From an uncultured Thermoleophilia bacterium (GTDB lineage Bacteria > Actinomycetota > Thermoleophilia > UBA2241), in contig CAVPCT010000005.1 in the NCBI GenBank assembly GCA_963702475.1, positions 864,001-928,000 on the forward strand: a DNA stretch of 64,000 bases. Reading direction: 5' to 3'. This document shows positions 1-10,741 of the stretch, piece after piece (the first letter of the stretch is position 1; each line of letters begins with the position of its first letter). Made by a program: the position numbers and the translations under genes. The notes below the pieces were generated by a model. It made no database searches. It was not told the DNA's origin and saw only the letters and a program-made list of their open reading frames with translations.

Positions 1-113
1 ACGAACAGCATGACGAGCGGGAACCCGAAGGCGAACACCACCGTCAGCGGTTCGCGCAGGAAGAGCTTCAACTCCCCCCAGGTCATGGTGCGCCACAGCC
101 TCATGCCGGTCAC
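1..113 (-). CDS. ABC-2 type transporter permease, 5' part (runs off window)
   Basis: Manual translation (V/M)TGMRLWRTMTWGELKLFLREPLTVVFAFGFPLVMLF; GTGA overlap with the stop of the upstream ABC ATPase. Confidence 0.8.
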   Translation of the reverse strand, partial: MTGMRLWRTMTWGELKLFLREPLTVVFAFGFPLVMLF

Positions 114-1015
114 TCCAGCCCGTGTCCGGTGAGCTTGAGGAAGGTCTCCTCGAGGGTCGGCCGCTCGGTCTGCAGATCCAGCGGCGCGAGCCCACGCTCC
201 AGCAGCGCCGCGGCGACGTGGTTGAGCACCGGACCCTCGCCGAGCACCTCGACCCATGCGCCGTGGCGGTCCACGGCGCGCACGACCGGCAGATCGGCGA
301 GCCACGCGAAGTCGCCCTCCGCCGTGAACGTCACCCGCACCTCGCCGGCATTGGCCGCGACCAGCCGGGCCGGCGTGTCCAGAGCCACGACGAGGCCCTT
401 GTCCATGACCGCCACGCGGTCGCAGAGGCGGTCAGCCTCGTCCATGAAGTGAGTGACCAGGACGACCGTGGTGCCGCGGTCGCGGATGCGCTCGATGAGG
501 CCCCAGCTCGTGCGCCGCGCGGCAGGGTCCAGGCCGGTGGTCATCTCGTCCAGAAAGACGACCTCGGGGTCCGTGACCAGCGCCAGCGCCACCAGCAGCC
601 GCTGGCGCTGCCCCCCGGACAGGCTGCCGAACGCCGCCTTGCGCTTCTCCGTGAGGCCCCACTCCTCCATCAGGAGGGTGTAGTCGACACGGCGCGGCGC
701 GGCGGCCGCGAACAGGTGAAGCACCTCCCACACCTTCATGCGCTCGGGTAGGTGCGACTCCTGGAGCTGGCAGCCGACGCGGCCGCGCAGCTGCTCGGGG
801 TGGGCGAGCGGGTCGACGCCGAGGACCTGCACGGCGCCGCCGTCCGGTCGGCGCAGCCCCTCCAGGCACTCGACCGTGGTGGTCTTGCCGGCGCCGTTGG
901 AGCCGAGCACGCCGAAGATCTCACCGCGGCGCACCGCGAAGGAGACATCCTGCACCGCGACCGTGTCGCCGTAGGCCTTGTGCAGGTGGTCGACGACGAC
1001 CACGGCGTCGGACAT
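110..1015 (-). CDS. ABC transporter ATP-binding protein (DrrA/CcmA-like exporter)
   Basis: Walker A GSNGAGKTT, signature LSGGQRQR, Walker B VFLDE, H-loop VTH; start taken at MSDAVVV. Confidence 0.95.
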   Translation of the reverse strand: MSDAVVVVDHLHKAYGDTVAVQDVSFAVRRGEIFGVLGSNGAGKTTTVECLEGLRRPDGGAVQVLGVDPLAHPEQLRGRVGCQLQESHLPERMKVWEVLHLFAAAAPRRVDYTLLMEEWGLTEKRKAAFGSLSGGQRQRLLVALALVTDPEVVFLDEMTTGLDPAARRTSWGLIERIRDRGTTVVLVTHFMDEADRLCDRVAVMDKGLVVALDTPARLVAANAGEVRVTFTAEGDFAWLADLPVVRAVDRHGAWVEVLGEGPVLNHVAAALLERGLAPLDLQTERPTLEETFLKLTGHGLE

Positions 1016-1090
1016 GGGCGGACGGCTCCCCTCTCCCCTCACGGACGGGGACCAGTCTGCCACCCCACGCCGGTCCGTCAAGGGCAGACG

Positions 1091-2338
1091 TCAGCGCGCG
1101 CCGGCGGTCTCGAGCACGCAGCCCAGCAGCACATCGGCGCCGGCCGTGCAGTCCTCCCAGCGGGTGGCCTCCACCTCCACGTGGCTGCGGCCGCCGACGC
1201 TGGGCACGAAGACCATGGCCGTGGGGCCGGCCATGGCTGCGTAGCTCGCGTCGTGGCCGGCCCCGCTCACCATCGGCAGGACCGGGTGGCCGAGGCGTGC
1301 GGCTGTGGCGTCGACCAGCTCGACGAGACGCGCGTCGAACTCGGTGTGCCCGACGCGCCAGGTGACGTCCGCGCGCAGCTCGCAGCCGTGGTGCGCGGCC
1401 GCAGCGGCGAAGCCGGCGTTCATCTCCTCCCAGGCGCGACGTGCAAGCTCGTCGTCCCAGGAGCGGACGTCCACCGTGAAGGCCGTCTCGCTCGGGATCA
1501 CGTTGCGCGAGTTCGGCCGGTTGTGGAGCTCGCCGACGGTGGCGACCAGGCCGTCGCCGTACCGAACGCCCGAGCCGCGGACGATGCCGATCATCTCCGC
1601 CGCCGCGGCCAGGGAGTCGCGACGTCCCTCCATGGGCGTCGACCCGACATGGTCGGCCGCGCCGCGCACTGCGACGTCGTACCAGTGCAGGCACACGACG
1701 CCGCGCGGCACGCCGATGGTCGCGCCCTCGCGCTCGAGGCGCGGCCCCTGTTCGATGTGGAGCTCGAAGTAGGCGTGGAACGGCGCAGCGCGGCAAGGCA
1801 GGTCGCCGCGGTAGCCGATGCGGGCGAGCTCGTCGCCGAGGCGCGCGCCCGCGGCGTCCGCGCGCGCCCACGCCCAGTCGCGCTCGAGCCTGCCGGCCCA
1901 GACGCCGGAGGCCACCATGGCCGGCGAGAAGCGCGACCCCTCCTCGTTGGTCCAGTCGACGAGCACCAGCGGACGCTCGGTCTCGACGCCGCGGTCGACG
2001 AGCGTGCGCAGCACCTCGAGGGCGCCCATCACACCGAGCGCGCCGTCGAAGCGCCCGCCCAGGGGTTGCGAGTCCAGATGGGAACCCATGAGCACCGGCG
2101 CGAGGTCGTCGTCCCTCCCCGCCCGCCGCCCGAAGACGTTGCCCATCTCGTCGACCGCGACGGCCAGGCCCAGCTCGCCCAGCCAGGCGACGAGGAGGTC
2201 GCGTGCGCGCCTGTCGTCGTCGCTCAGGGCGAGCCGTGTGACGCCGCCGCCCGGCGTCGCGCCGATCCGCGCCATCGCCTCAAGGCTGCGCCGCAGGCGG
2301 GCACCGTCGACGCGCAGCGCCTCCAGCCTCGGATCCAC
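1091..2338 (-). CDS. M20 family Zn-dependent hydrolase (N-carbamoyl-L-amino acid amidohydrolase / beta-ureidopropionase type)
   Basis: GSHLDSQPLGGRFDG, WTNEEGSRF, ELHIEQGP, SGAGHDA motifs. Confidence 0.92.
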   Translation of the reverse strand: MDPRLEALRVDGARLRRSLEAMARIGATPGGGVTRLALSDDDRRARDLLVAWLGELGLAVAVDEMGNVFGRRAGRDDDLAPVLMGSHLDSQPLGGRFDGALGVMGALEVLRTLVDRGVETERPLVLVDWTNEEGSRFSPAMVASGVWAGRLERDWAWARADAAGARLGDELARIGYRGDLPCRAAPFHAYFELHIEQGPRLEREGATIGVPRGVVCLHWYDVAVRGAADHVGSTPMEGRRDSLAAAAEMIGIVRGSGVRYGDGLVATVGELHNRPNSRNVIPSETAFTVDVRSWDDELARRAWEEMNAGFAAAAAHHGCELRADVTWRVGHTEFDARLVELVDATAARLGHPVLPMVSGAGHDASYAAMAGPTAMVFVPSVGGRSHVEVEATRWEDCTAGADVLLGCVLETAGAR

Positions 2339-2564
2339 GAGCCCTCCTCACGCAGGTTCGGCCGGCCACGCCGGTCGCACGTCCTCGCCCTTTCGGACAG
2401 CGGCGCCGGGCGGCTGCCCGGTCGCCGTCAGCTTACGGCACGTGCGCCGGCAGCCCCAGGCCGGCGTGAAGAGGGCGTTGGCACGTTGGCTGCCGACCGC
2501 CGTCAGGTCGGCGATCGCCTGCGCCTGATCGGTCGCATGGAGCGACACAGCAGTGGCCTCCGGT

Positions 2565-3386
2565 TCAGAGCGACCCGGCCAGCGCCTCGCCCGACGCGAT
2601 GGCCGCGCTCCACTGGCCGCCGCACGTGAGCCCGCCATCCACGACCAGCGAGGCTCCGTTGATGAAGCTCGAGTCGTCCGAGGCCAGCCACAGAGCGGCG
2701 TTCGCGATATCCGGGGGCCGCCCGGCGCGGCGGATCGGCTGGTTCCGGGCGAAGGCCGTTCCAAGCGTCGCCATCAGCTCCGCCTCCTCCGCCTGGTGGC
2801 CGGTGGCGCTCGCGAAGATGGGCGTCACGATACCTCCGGGGCAGATGCAGTTGACACGCACACCGCTCTCGCCCAGCTCGGTGGCGACCACCCTCGTCAG
2901 GCCGATGACGGCCGACTTGGCGGCCGAGTAGACGTGACCGCCGTTGCCCGCGAGTACGCCGGCCACACTCGCCGTGTTGATGATGCTGCCGGACCCCTGC
3001 CGCTTCATGACCGGGGCGGCGTGCTTCATGCCCAGGAAGACGCCGCCCAGGTCGATTGCCATGATGCGCTGGAAGTCGGCCATGCCGATCTGCTCCAGCG
3101 GGATGAAGTCCTGGCCGATGCCGGCGTTGTTGAAGATGCAGTCGAGCCGCCCGAAGGATGAGACGGCGAGGTCCACTGCCGCCTTCACATCGTCCTCCGC
3201 GGACACATCGGTACGGGCGTACACGGCCGCGTCGCCCAGTGATGCGGCCAGGGCCGCTCCCTTGTCATCCTGGAGGTCCGCCACGACGACCTTGCAGCCC
3301 TCCTGCACGAACATCCTGACCGTCGCCTCACCGATGCCGCTGGCGCCGCCCGTGATCACCGCGACCTTGCCGTCGAGCCGGCCCAT
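2565..3386 (-). CDS. Classical SDR family oxidoreductase
   Basis: TGGASGIG, NNAG, YSAAK catalytic motif. Confidence 0.93.
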   Translation of the reverse strand: MGRLDGKVAVITGGASGIGEATVRMFVQEGCKVVVADLQDDKGAALAASLGDAAVYARTDVSAEDDVKAAVDLAVSSFGRLDCIFNNAGIGQDFIPLEQIGMADFQRIMAIDLGGVFLGMKHAAPVMKRQGSGSIINTASVAGVLAGNGGHVYSAAKSAVIGLTRVVATELGESGVRVNCICPGGIVTPIFASATGHQAEEAELMATLGTAFARNQPIRRAGRPPDIANAALWLASDDSSFINGASLVVDGGLTCGGQWSAAIASGEALAGSL

Positions 3387-3467
3387 GTGACTACCCCCGT
3401 CTCTCGTTCAGCAAAGCCCCCGCAGGAGAGCCCTCCCGGTGTCGGCCACAGCGGCCCGCACCGGCGC

Positions 3468-4930
3468 TCACGGCATCTGCGCCGGCAGTCCCTTCGCCAG
3501 ATCGTAGATGGCGGAGGCGCGCTCGTTCGAGAACGCGGTCAGCAGGGCGATCGCCTGTTGCTTGTCCGTGGACCAGAGCCCCGCGGCCACACACTCCACG
3601 CCGGCCGCCTGGACCAGCGTCTGTGCGTAGAAACCGTCGTAGGCGCCGCGCACCAGGCCGATGTAGTGCTTGTAGCGGAGCTCGCCGCCCACCGTGCCCG
3701 GCTCGTCGAGACTGTCGGCGACCTTCTTGAAGGCACGGAACGCCGTCTTGTCGCTCCACTCAGCCGGGACGCTGGACGATGCAGCAGTAGAACGGCGTGA
3801 GCCCGCTCGAACAGGCACGCGACGGCGCGTACCACATCACGCCGCCCACGCCGTTGGGCAGCCACTTGCGCGACTGGAAGACCACCGAGTAGTCGTTGTC
3901 GCCGCAACAGATGGGCCGGTTCGTCATCTCGTGCGGACTCATGAGCGTGTAGCCCTCGGTCTGGTCGAGCTCGGTGTCCTCGTAGTGGTAGCGGTTGATC
4001 GCGATGAGGCGCGCGACGTCGAGCTTGGCGTCTGCGGCGGAGAACACGGGCCGCGGTCTCGTAAGGCATGGACACGTCGAAGGCCTGGGACGGCGAAAGC
4101 AGGTGCGCGGCGCCCCACAGACGGTTGGTGTTGTACCAGTCCACCAGATCGGCGCGGTCGCCGTAGGCCCACGCGACGTCAAAGGGGCCGGCGGCCGGGT
4201 CGTACAGGCCGAGACCCTGCGCGAACGAGACGAGGTCCGCGGAGCCGCGGAAGTTGTCCGGGTCGCTGAGGTCGACCTGACGGATGCGCGGCATGTTGGG
4301 CTGGGCGAAGTACATGCTGTCGGGCACGCGGGCCGCCACCCAGTGGTGACCGCCGAGGAGCTCGAACACCCAAGCCTCCCTCTGGTCGGTCATGCCGAAG
4401 CTGCCGGCGGCGTTGCCGCTGAAGCCGATGGTGTCCGCCCACTCCTGCAGCTGGTCGAGCGCATCACGACAGTTGGCCGATCCTGCCAGGAGCAGGTCCC
4501 ACATCTCCTTGCCGACGCCCTTCTTCGGGTAGGGGTCCGCCTCCTCGACGAGCGGGTTGAGGCTGGTGGCGACGCCGTAGCAGGCGGCGAACTGACGCGT
4601 GTTCATCCCGCCTTCGGGATAGTCGCCCTTGGCGTTGATCTTCACGAACCCGAACGTGTCCGGCGTGTCCGGGACGATGACGATCGACTGGTAGTTGTTC
4701 GGCGCCCAGTCGTTGTTGTAGCTCATGAGCACCGAGCCGTCGGTGGTGGCTTTCTTGCCTGCCATCACGTACATGCACTGCTGGTGCGGCGAGTCGGCGG
4801 ACGCGGACGCTGCGGAGGGCGGCGGGTCCGCGGCGCCGGCGTGCCACGCGACGGCGGAGCCCGCGACGGCCGCCACGACGAGCAGCAGGATCAGGAGCAG
4901 GACGAGCGGTCTGCGTACGAGCGGTCTCAT
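3468..4930 (-). CDS. Secreted C69 family dipeptidase (Ntn hydrolase), two apparent frameshifts (~4055, ~3775)
   Basis: Signal peptide, then CMYVMAGKKATTDGSVLMSYNND (C69 catalytic Cys start), GGHHWVAARVPD; continues in frames 3760..4182 and 3468..3818. Confidence 0.8.
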
Positions 4931-5148
4931 GCCGGTACCTCCCCTTCGTGTTCCGGCCACCGCCCCCCTCCGAAAGCGGTGACCAGCCAGGCTACGGTTC
5001 GGCTATCGGATTCGCCATGAGAGCCTTGAGTCCGCTGTGTTGTCTGCGCTGACGGGCCGACGGGTGGGCGGGCGGGGGAAGCGGATGCCGAAAGACGGGG
5101 CACAGACCGCAGGGACCGGACCTGCGACCGGGACGCCGCGCCCGCCGG

Positions 5149-6192
5149 TCAGCGACGCACGAGGCCGAGGCGCGCGAGGCTCTCCGCGGTGGCGACGACC
5201 GCCTCCTCACGGGGGCGCGGCGACCAGCCGAGCACGCGCCGCGCCTGCTCGCTCGACACGTACTTCACCTCGCCCAGCTCCGGGCCTATCTGTGCGACCG
5301 ACTTGTCCGACAGGGCGAAGATGCGGACGATCCAGTCCGGAAGCTTTCTGGTGGGAACGTGCCGGGCGGCCTCGCCCAGGTGTGTCTTCAGGAGCACGGC
5401 GATGTCGTGCATGCTCAAGGGATCGCCGGCCGCGGCGATGAAGCGCTCGCCGGCCGCGGCCGGATCGGTCATGGCGCGCAGGTGCAGGTCCGCGACGTCG
5501 CGCGCGTCCACGAAGGCGAACGAGAGCCGCGGCGTGCCGGCGATGCTCCCGTCCAGCAGGCGGCGGACCACCTCGATGGAGGCGGACGTCTGCCGCCCGA
5601 ACACCGGGCCGAGCACGCCCACCGGGTTGACGACGGCCAGCTCCATGCCGCCGCCCTCCCTCGCGACGAAGTCCCTCGCCGCCAGCTCCGCCAGTGTCTT
5701 GGACTTGACGTACGCCGTCGGGGCACGCTCCGGGTCGGTCCAGTCGTCCTCGGTGAACGGGCGAGCGGCGGGACGCGCACCCTGCCCCTACCCGACCGCC
5801 GCGAACGACGATGTCTGCACCACCCGGCGCACGCCGGCGTCGCGCGCCGCGCGCAGCACGCGGAGGGCGCTCTCGCGCGCGGGGACCACGAGGTCGTCCT
5901 CGTGCTTCGGGATCCCGGTCGGGAACGGCGAGGATACGTGAAGCACGTGAGAGACGCCGGCCGCGGCCGCGGCCCAGCCCTCATCACGGGTGAGGTCGGC
6001 GGCGACCACGGTGAGGCGGCCGTCGGGCTCCCCTCCCCCGATGCGCAGCTGGTGCCGTACCCGCGCCTCGCAGTCGGGCGAACGCACCGTGGTCCGTGCC
6101 GCGTAGCCGGCGTTCAGCAGGCTGAGGATGCAGTGGGACGCGACGAAGCCCGTGCCGCCGGTGACCAGCACGAGCGCGCCGGCGCCGGTCAC
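5149..6192 (-). CDS. NAD-dependent epimerase/dehydratase (aldehyde reductase/DFR-like) with an in-frame TAG at 5788-5790
   Basis: VTGGTGFVA, TSSFAAVG*G, YVKSK, AVVNPVGVLGP, FVDARDVA; ORFs 5788..6192 and 5149..5646 are in the same frame. Confidence 0.85.
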
Positions 6193-6497
6193 TCGTGCAC
6201 CGCGCCTTCGACCAGACGTCCGAGATCGCAGGTCGCCAGCCCCGAGGCCACCGCCGGGTCGGCCTCGACGAAGGCGCGCGCCTCAGCGCGGTCGGAGGCG
6301 CGGAACACGCCGAGCCCCCAGGCGCCCTCAGGTCCGAACACGGGACCGTACAGGACGGCCCTGCCGCGCTCGATGGCGCGGTTCCAGTAGGCCGTGTGGC
6401 GCGCCAGAACGACCCGCTCCTCGTCGTCCATGTCTTCCATGAAGGTCGGGCGCGGCGGGATCAGCTCGCACGCGTACAGGCCGTCGATGCCGCTCAT
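6189..6497 (-). CDS. YciI family protein
   Basis: LIPPRPTF...HTAYW...YGPVFGPEGAWGLGV...ADPAV pattern; overlaps epimerase start. Confidence 0.75.
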   Translation of the reverse strand: MSGIDGLYACELIPPRPTFMEDMDDEERVVLARHTAYWNRAIERGRAVLYGPVFGPEGAWGLGVFRASDRAEARAFVEADPAVASGLATCDLGRLVEGAVHE

Positions 6498-6710
6498 GGG
6501 ATCACCGCCTCCATCTCGCGCGCCTTTGGGTCGTGTCCGTGGCACCGCGCGGCCGCACGACCGCGCTGGTCTCTTCTACCGCGCGGCGGTCGAGGCCAAT
6601 CACGCGCCGGGGGAGTCAGTACCGGGGCACGCGCCAAGGGCCGTGCCCGCGAGCGCCCGGCTCACGTCGGCTGGAGATGAGGAAGGGTCGGGGCCGCGCT
6701 CTCGCCGCCG

Positions 6711-7190
6711 TCAGCCGGTCGCCGCGGCCGGCGAGGACTGGTACGTGCTCTCCGCCAGCAGCTTGAGGTTCTCCAGGCCGCTCTCGAAGTCGCGCCGGAA
6801 CCGCTTCTCGATGAGCAGGCGGTCCGCCACCTTGCCGAGCACGCTGCCCGGCATGGTGTAGTCGAGCTCGGTGGTGGTGGTCGTGTCCGGGCCCGTGGGC
6901 TGGTGGTGACAGGTCAGCCAGCCTGACGTCGTGCCCTCGAACTCCCAGCGCCAGTGGGTGCTTCCATCGGGATCGTGCCGCTCCTCGATGGTCCTGTACG
7001 TCATGTGCAGGTGGACGCCCATCATCAGCTGCGTGATCTCCGCCTTGGTCCCGGGACCACCGTCACCGAACACCCGCTCGGTGTCGCTCATCCCGACCAT
7101 GAACTCGGGCCACCTGCGGAAGTCCTTGACGATGGCGTCCAGGTGCTCGACGGGCACGTGCATGAGGAGGCTGTGCGTGACGTGCGCCAT
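6711..7190 (-). CDS. SRPBCC (polyketide cyclase/dehydrase-like) family protein
   Basis: RRWPEFM, LDYTMPGSVLGKVADRL, LENLKLLAE; GGAGG RBS upstream. Confidence 0.8.
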   Translation of the reverse strand: MAHVTHSLLMHVPVEHLDAIVKDFRRWPEFMVGMSDTERVFGDGGPGTKAEITQLMMGVHLHMTYRTIEERHDPDGSTHWRWEFEGTTSGWLTCHHQPTGPDTTTTTELDYTMPGSVLGKVADRLLIEKRFRRDFESGLENLKLLAESTYQSSPAAATG

Positions 7191-7347
7191 GGGTACCTCC
7201 CTTCTCGGTCTCTGTTGCCGGTCGCGGCGACGCGGCCCCGAGCCTCCTGCCGTCACCTTACTCCCAGGCAAACGGCGGTGGTCACGCCGCGGCCGCGGGG
7301 AGCCGCGCCCGGCGGAGCGCAGACGCGCCGCCTTCGCTCATCGCGGC

Positions 7348-8169
7348 TCAGCCGCGCTCGACGAGAGCGGTGCGGAGGGCCTCGCGGGCCTGCTCTTCGA
7401 GGCCCAGACCCACGCCGACGTAGTCCTCGGCGCTCCCGAACTCCTCGCGCATCTGCGCGATGGCGGCACCCAGGTACTCGGGCCGCAGCACGACGAGCGG
7501 TGCCGGCCGCTCGGGATCGCCGCCCGGCACGCGGAAGCCATCCAGAGGGCGCCCTCCCTGGAACAGGTCCCGGTTGCTGGTGAGGAACTCCTCCGCGACA
7601 AGATCCTCCGGGACGCCGAGGAAGAGGAGCAGTGCCGCCGCCGCCCAGCCGGTACGGTCCTTGCCGACGGCGCAGTGCATCAGGCCGGGGCGGCCGTCCT
7701 CCTGCGCGAGGCCGGCGAAGAGCCTGCCGTAGGCGGCCCGCGCGCTGCGCATGTGGACCAGCGCGCGGTAGCCCCGCTCGAACACCGAGGAGCCCTTGGC
7801 TCCGCCCATGAGCGCAGCGACGGAGTCCGGCTCGTCCGACGACCGCACCCGCTCGGTCATCGGATCGACCGCTCCGGCGAACACGTCGACAGGCACGGAC
7901 GCCACCCCCGGCGGCAGCCTGTCGGGCCACTCGGCGCGCTCGGCCGCGGTGCGCAGGTCGTACACCGCGCGGACGCCGAGCGCCTCGAACTGCGGCCGAT
8001 CCTCCTCGGCAAGCCGCTCGAGCGCCGCGGACCGGTAGACGAGCCCTCTGCGCACCAGCCCGTCGTCCGCGGTCGGCCAGCCACCGATGTCGCGCAGGTT
8101 GAGCACACGGCCGAGCGCGATGCGCGACCCGGCGGCGGGCAGGCCCGCCCCGCCGTACGGCGCGCTCAC
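7348..8169 (-). CDS. Tyrosine-protein phosphatase (IphP/MptpB-like)
   Basis: NLRDIGG, YRSA, DLRT..E, P-loop HCAVGKDRTG. Confidence 0.92.
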   Translation of the reverse strand: MSAPYGGAGLPAAGSRIALGRVLNLRDIGGWPTADDGLVRRGLVYRSAALERLAEEDRPQFEALGVRAVYDLRTAAERAEWPDRLPPGVASVPVDVFAGAVDPMTERVRSSDEPDSVAALMGGAKGSSVFERGYRALVHMRSARAAYGRLFAGLAQEDGRPGLMHCAVGKDRTGWAAAALLLFLGVPEDLVAEEFLTSNRDLFQGGRPLDGFRVPGGDPERPAPLVVLRPEYLGAAIAQMREEFGSAEDYVGVGLGLEEQAREALRTALVERG

Positions 8170-8552
8170 GCGAGCTTGTCTCGCGCCCGCAGCATGAAGC
8201 CCTCGAAGAACAGGCGCTCCACGTCCACGCGCAGGCCCACCTCCGGCGACTCGTAGCGGTGCTTGTTACGCCAGACGAACTCCTCACTGTACCCGTGACG
8301 GCTGGTCGGCTCCGTGAAGCACACCTCACCCTCCTTCTGGTGCTCCTCGTGACGGATGCAGGCCCCCTCCACGAGCTCCAGCAGCAGTCGCTCGCCGTTG
8401 TCGGCGACCGTCCGCTTGAAGACGAACAGACGGTCGCTCAGCCACACGAAGCTGTGCACCCCGGACTCCGACTTGATGAGTACGGCGTTCACGTTGGGGT
8501 TGTCGAGGTCTCCGGCGAGACGCCACTCGGGCTTCTCGGTGTCCTTGGCCAT
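8166..8552 (-). CDS. Hypothetical protein
   Basis: Good codon usage, RBS, 4-nt overlap with the phosphatase start; no motif recognised. Confidence 0.7.
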   Translation of the reverse strand: MAKDTEKPEWRLAGDLDNPNVNAVLIKSESGVHSFVWLSDRLFVFKRTVADNGERLLLELVEGACIRHEEHQKEGEVCFTEPTSRHGYSEEFVWRNKHRYESPEVGLRVDVERLFFEGFMLRARDKLA

Positions 8553-8679
8553 GTGCGTTCTCCCTCCGTTGCGTGGACCGGGCGGCGCATCATTCAATGC
8601 GCTACGCCCCGCCCTGAGCAACCTGGTCCGGCCGCGCCGGCGGACAGGCCGGCGCGGAAGCTCGACCGCGGCCGGCCTG

Positions 8680-9711
8680 TCACGGCGTGGGCGCCGCGTC
8701 GTAGTCGCCCGGCCTCGCCACCCCAGTGACGGGCTCGTCGAGAAGGTGGCGGCGCACGTTCGCGGCCGCGCGCCTCAGGCCGAAGTCGAACCAGTCGTCG
8801 ACGATGCCCGAGTTGTGCGGCGAGCCGAGCACGTTGGGGAGGTCGAGGAAGGGATACGCGAGGGCGAACGGCTCGCCGGCGCCGGGCTCGTCCCACCACA
8901 CGTCGAGCCCGGCGCAGAACGCCGGGTGCTCGCGCAGGTGGTGGTACAGCGCCGCCTCGTCGACGATCGCGCCGCGAGCGACGTTGACGAGGATCGCGTC
9001 GCCACGCATCCAGCCCAGCTCCCGGGCTCCGATGAGGCCACGGGTCGCGGCGGTGAGCGGCAGCGTGAGCACGACCACGTCCGCGTCGCGGAGCACGTGC
9101 TCGAGGTCGGCGAGCGTACCCGCGAAGTCGACGGGATCCGTGGTCTCGCCGCTCGTGTTCACGGCGTACACGCGCATGCCGAGCGCGCGGACCAGCGTGC
9201 CGACCGCTCGGCCGATGGCTCCGTAGCCCACGACGGCGCAGGTGCGGCCGCGCAGCTCGCGCGTGGGCAGGTCCTCGTTGAAGACACCCCGTCGCAGCTC
9301 CTCGTGCTCCACCGAGAGCCGCTTGGCGAGCGCGAGGATCATGGCGAGGACGTGCTCGGCCATGGGCTCCGCCCAGCCGCCGACGTTGCCGGCCACCCTG
9401 ACGCCGGCCGGGACGCGTGCGAACGGCACGTGGTCCAGGCCGGCCGAGAACAACTGCATGAACAGCTGTGGCGAGCCCGCCTCGCGGCGGCTCGCGAGCA
9501 CGTCCCAGTCGTCGTGCTCCAGCTCGCCGTCGACCTGCCAGGCGAGCAGGGCGTCTGCGCGCCGGAGCGCGTCCGCACGCCGCTCCGCCGCCAGCTGGTC
9601 GAGGTAGGCGAGCTCGGTGAGGTCGCCGAGGGCCTCGTCCAGCACCGCTCTGGACCCGTCTCCGGCCGCGAACGTCACCACGACGAGCCGGCGGTCACCG
9701 CCCTCCCTCAC
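8680..9711 (-). CDS. D-isomer specific 2-hydroxyacid dehydrogenase
   Basis: VVGYGAIG, LVNVARGAIVDE, GLDVWWDEP, SPHNSG. Confidence 0.92.
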   Translation of the reverse strand: MREGGDRRLVVVTFAAGDGSRAVLDEALGDLTELAYLDQLAAERRADALRRADALLAWQVDGELEHDDWDVLASRREAGSPQLFMQLFSAGLDHVPFARVPAGVRVAGNVGGWAEPMAEHVLAMILALAKRLSVEHEELRRGVFNEDLPTRELRGRTCAVVGYGAIGRAVGTLVRALGMRVYAVNTSGETTDPVDFAGTLADLEHVLRDADVVVLTLPLTAATRGLIGARELGWMRGDAILVNVARGAIVDEAALYHHLREHPAFCAGLDVWWDEPGAGEPFALAYPFLDLPNVLGSPHNSGIVDDWFDFGLRRAAANVRRHLLDEPVTGVARPGDYDAAPTP

Positions 9712-9725
9712 GGCAGCCTCCTCGC

Positions 9726-10649
9726 CTACTGCCGCTGCAGCCAGCGGGCCGCGGCCACGCCGGCCCGCGCCCCGTCGCCGGCGGCGATGATGGCCTGCTT
9801 GCCGAGCTGGTCGGTCACGTCGCCCGCGGCGAACACCCCCGGCGTGCTGGTCATGAGGGTGCGGTCCACCTCGATCTCGCCGGCCTCGTTGGTCCGCACG
9901 AGCCCACCGGTGAACTGCTGTGGCGATGTGGAGCCGATCTCGATGAACACGGCGTCCACGGGGACGGTCTCCTCGCCGGTCTTGTCTTGCACCACGACGC
10001 CGGACACCTGGTCCTCGCCGAGGATGCGGGTGACCTTCGCCCCGATGCGCTGGTGCACGTTGGGGCTCTCAGCGAGTTTGGACAGCACGGCTTGGTCCGC
10101 GCGCAGCGGCTTGTCGTTGACCAGCACGACGCGCGCGTCGAGGGCGGCCAGCTGCAGCGCCGCGCCGGCCGCGGTCTCGCCCGGCCCGACGACGGCGGCC
10201 GGGCGCCCCCGGAAGAACGCCGCGTCGCACGTGGCGCAGTAGCTGACGCCGCGCCCCAGAAGCTCCTTCTCCCCAGGAACTGCCAGCCGCGCGGGGGCGC
10301 GCCCCGTGGCGACGATGACGGCGCGGCCGGTGAGGGTGAGGCCCTCCTTCGTGTAGACCTCGAAGGCCCCGTCGCCGGGCACCAGCGCGTCGACCTCACG
10401 GCCCGGAAAGGTGTCGATGGCGAACGCCTCCACGTGCTCGCGGAAGCTCCGCGCCAGCTCCTCGCCGGCGACGAGCCCCCGGCCGAGGAAGTTGCCTACC
10501 TTGCCGGCCCAGCGGATCTGACCGCCGAGCTCGCCGGCGACGACGGCGGTGGACAGGCCGTGGCGGGCGGTGTAGACGGCGGCGGCGGAGCCTGCGGGCC
10601 CGCCGCCGATGACGACCACGTCGTAGCGGTCCTTGGGTGTCTCGGGCAT
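9726..10649 (-). CDS. Thioredoxin reductase / AhpF-like flavoprotein
   Basis: IGGGPAG, ATG, GVSYCATCD, GVFAAGD...KQA. Confidence 0.9.
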   Translation of the reverse strand: MPETPKDRYDVVVIGGGPAGSAAAVYTARHGLSTAVVAGELGGQIRWAGKVGNFLGRGLVAGEELARSFREHVEAFAIDTFPGREVDALVPGDGAFEVYTKEGLTLTGRAVIVATGRAPARLAVPGEKELLGRGVSYCATCDAAFFRGRPAAVVGPGETAAGAALQLAALDARVVLVNDKPLRADQAVLSKLAESPNVHQRIGAKVTRILGEDQVSGVVVQDKTGEETVPVDAVFIEIGSTSPQQFTGGLVRTNEAGEIEVDRTLMTSTPGVFAAGDVTDQLGKQAIIAAGDGARAGVAAARWLQRQ

Positions 10650-10741
10650 GCGTCACGCTCTCTCTGCGGATGGACTCGGCAGGTGCAACATGCCCGAAGG
10701 GGGCCGCGGCCTCACCCCGTCCGTCGCGGAGCGCGACCCGC

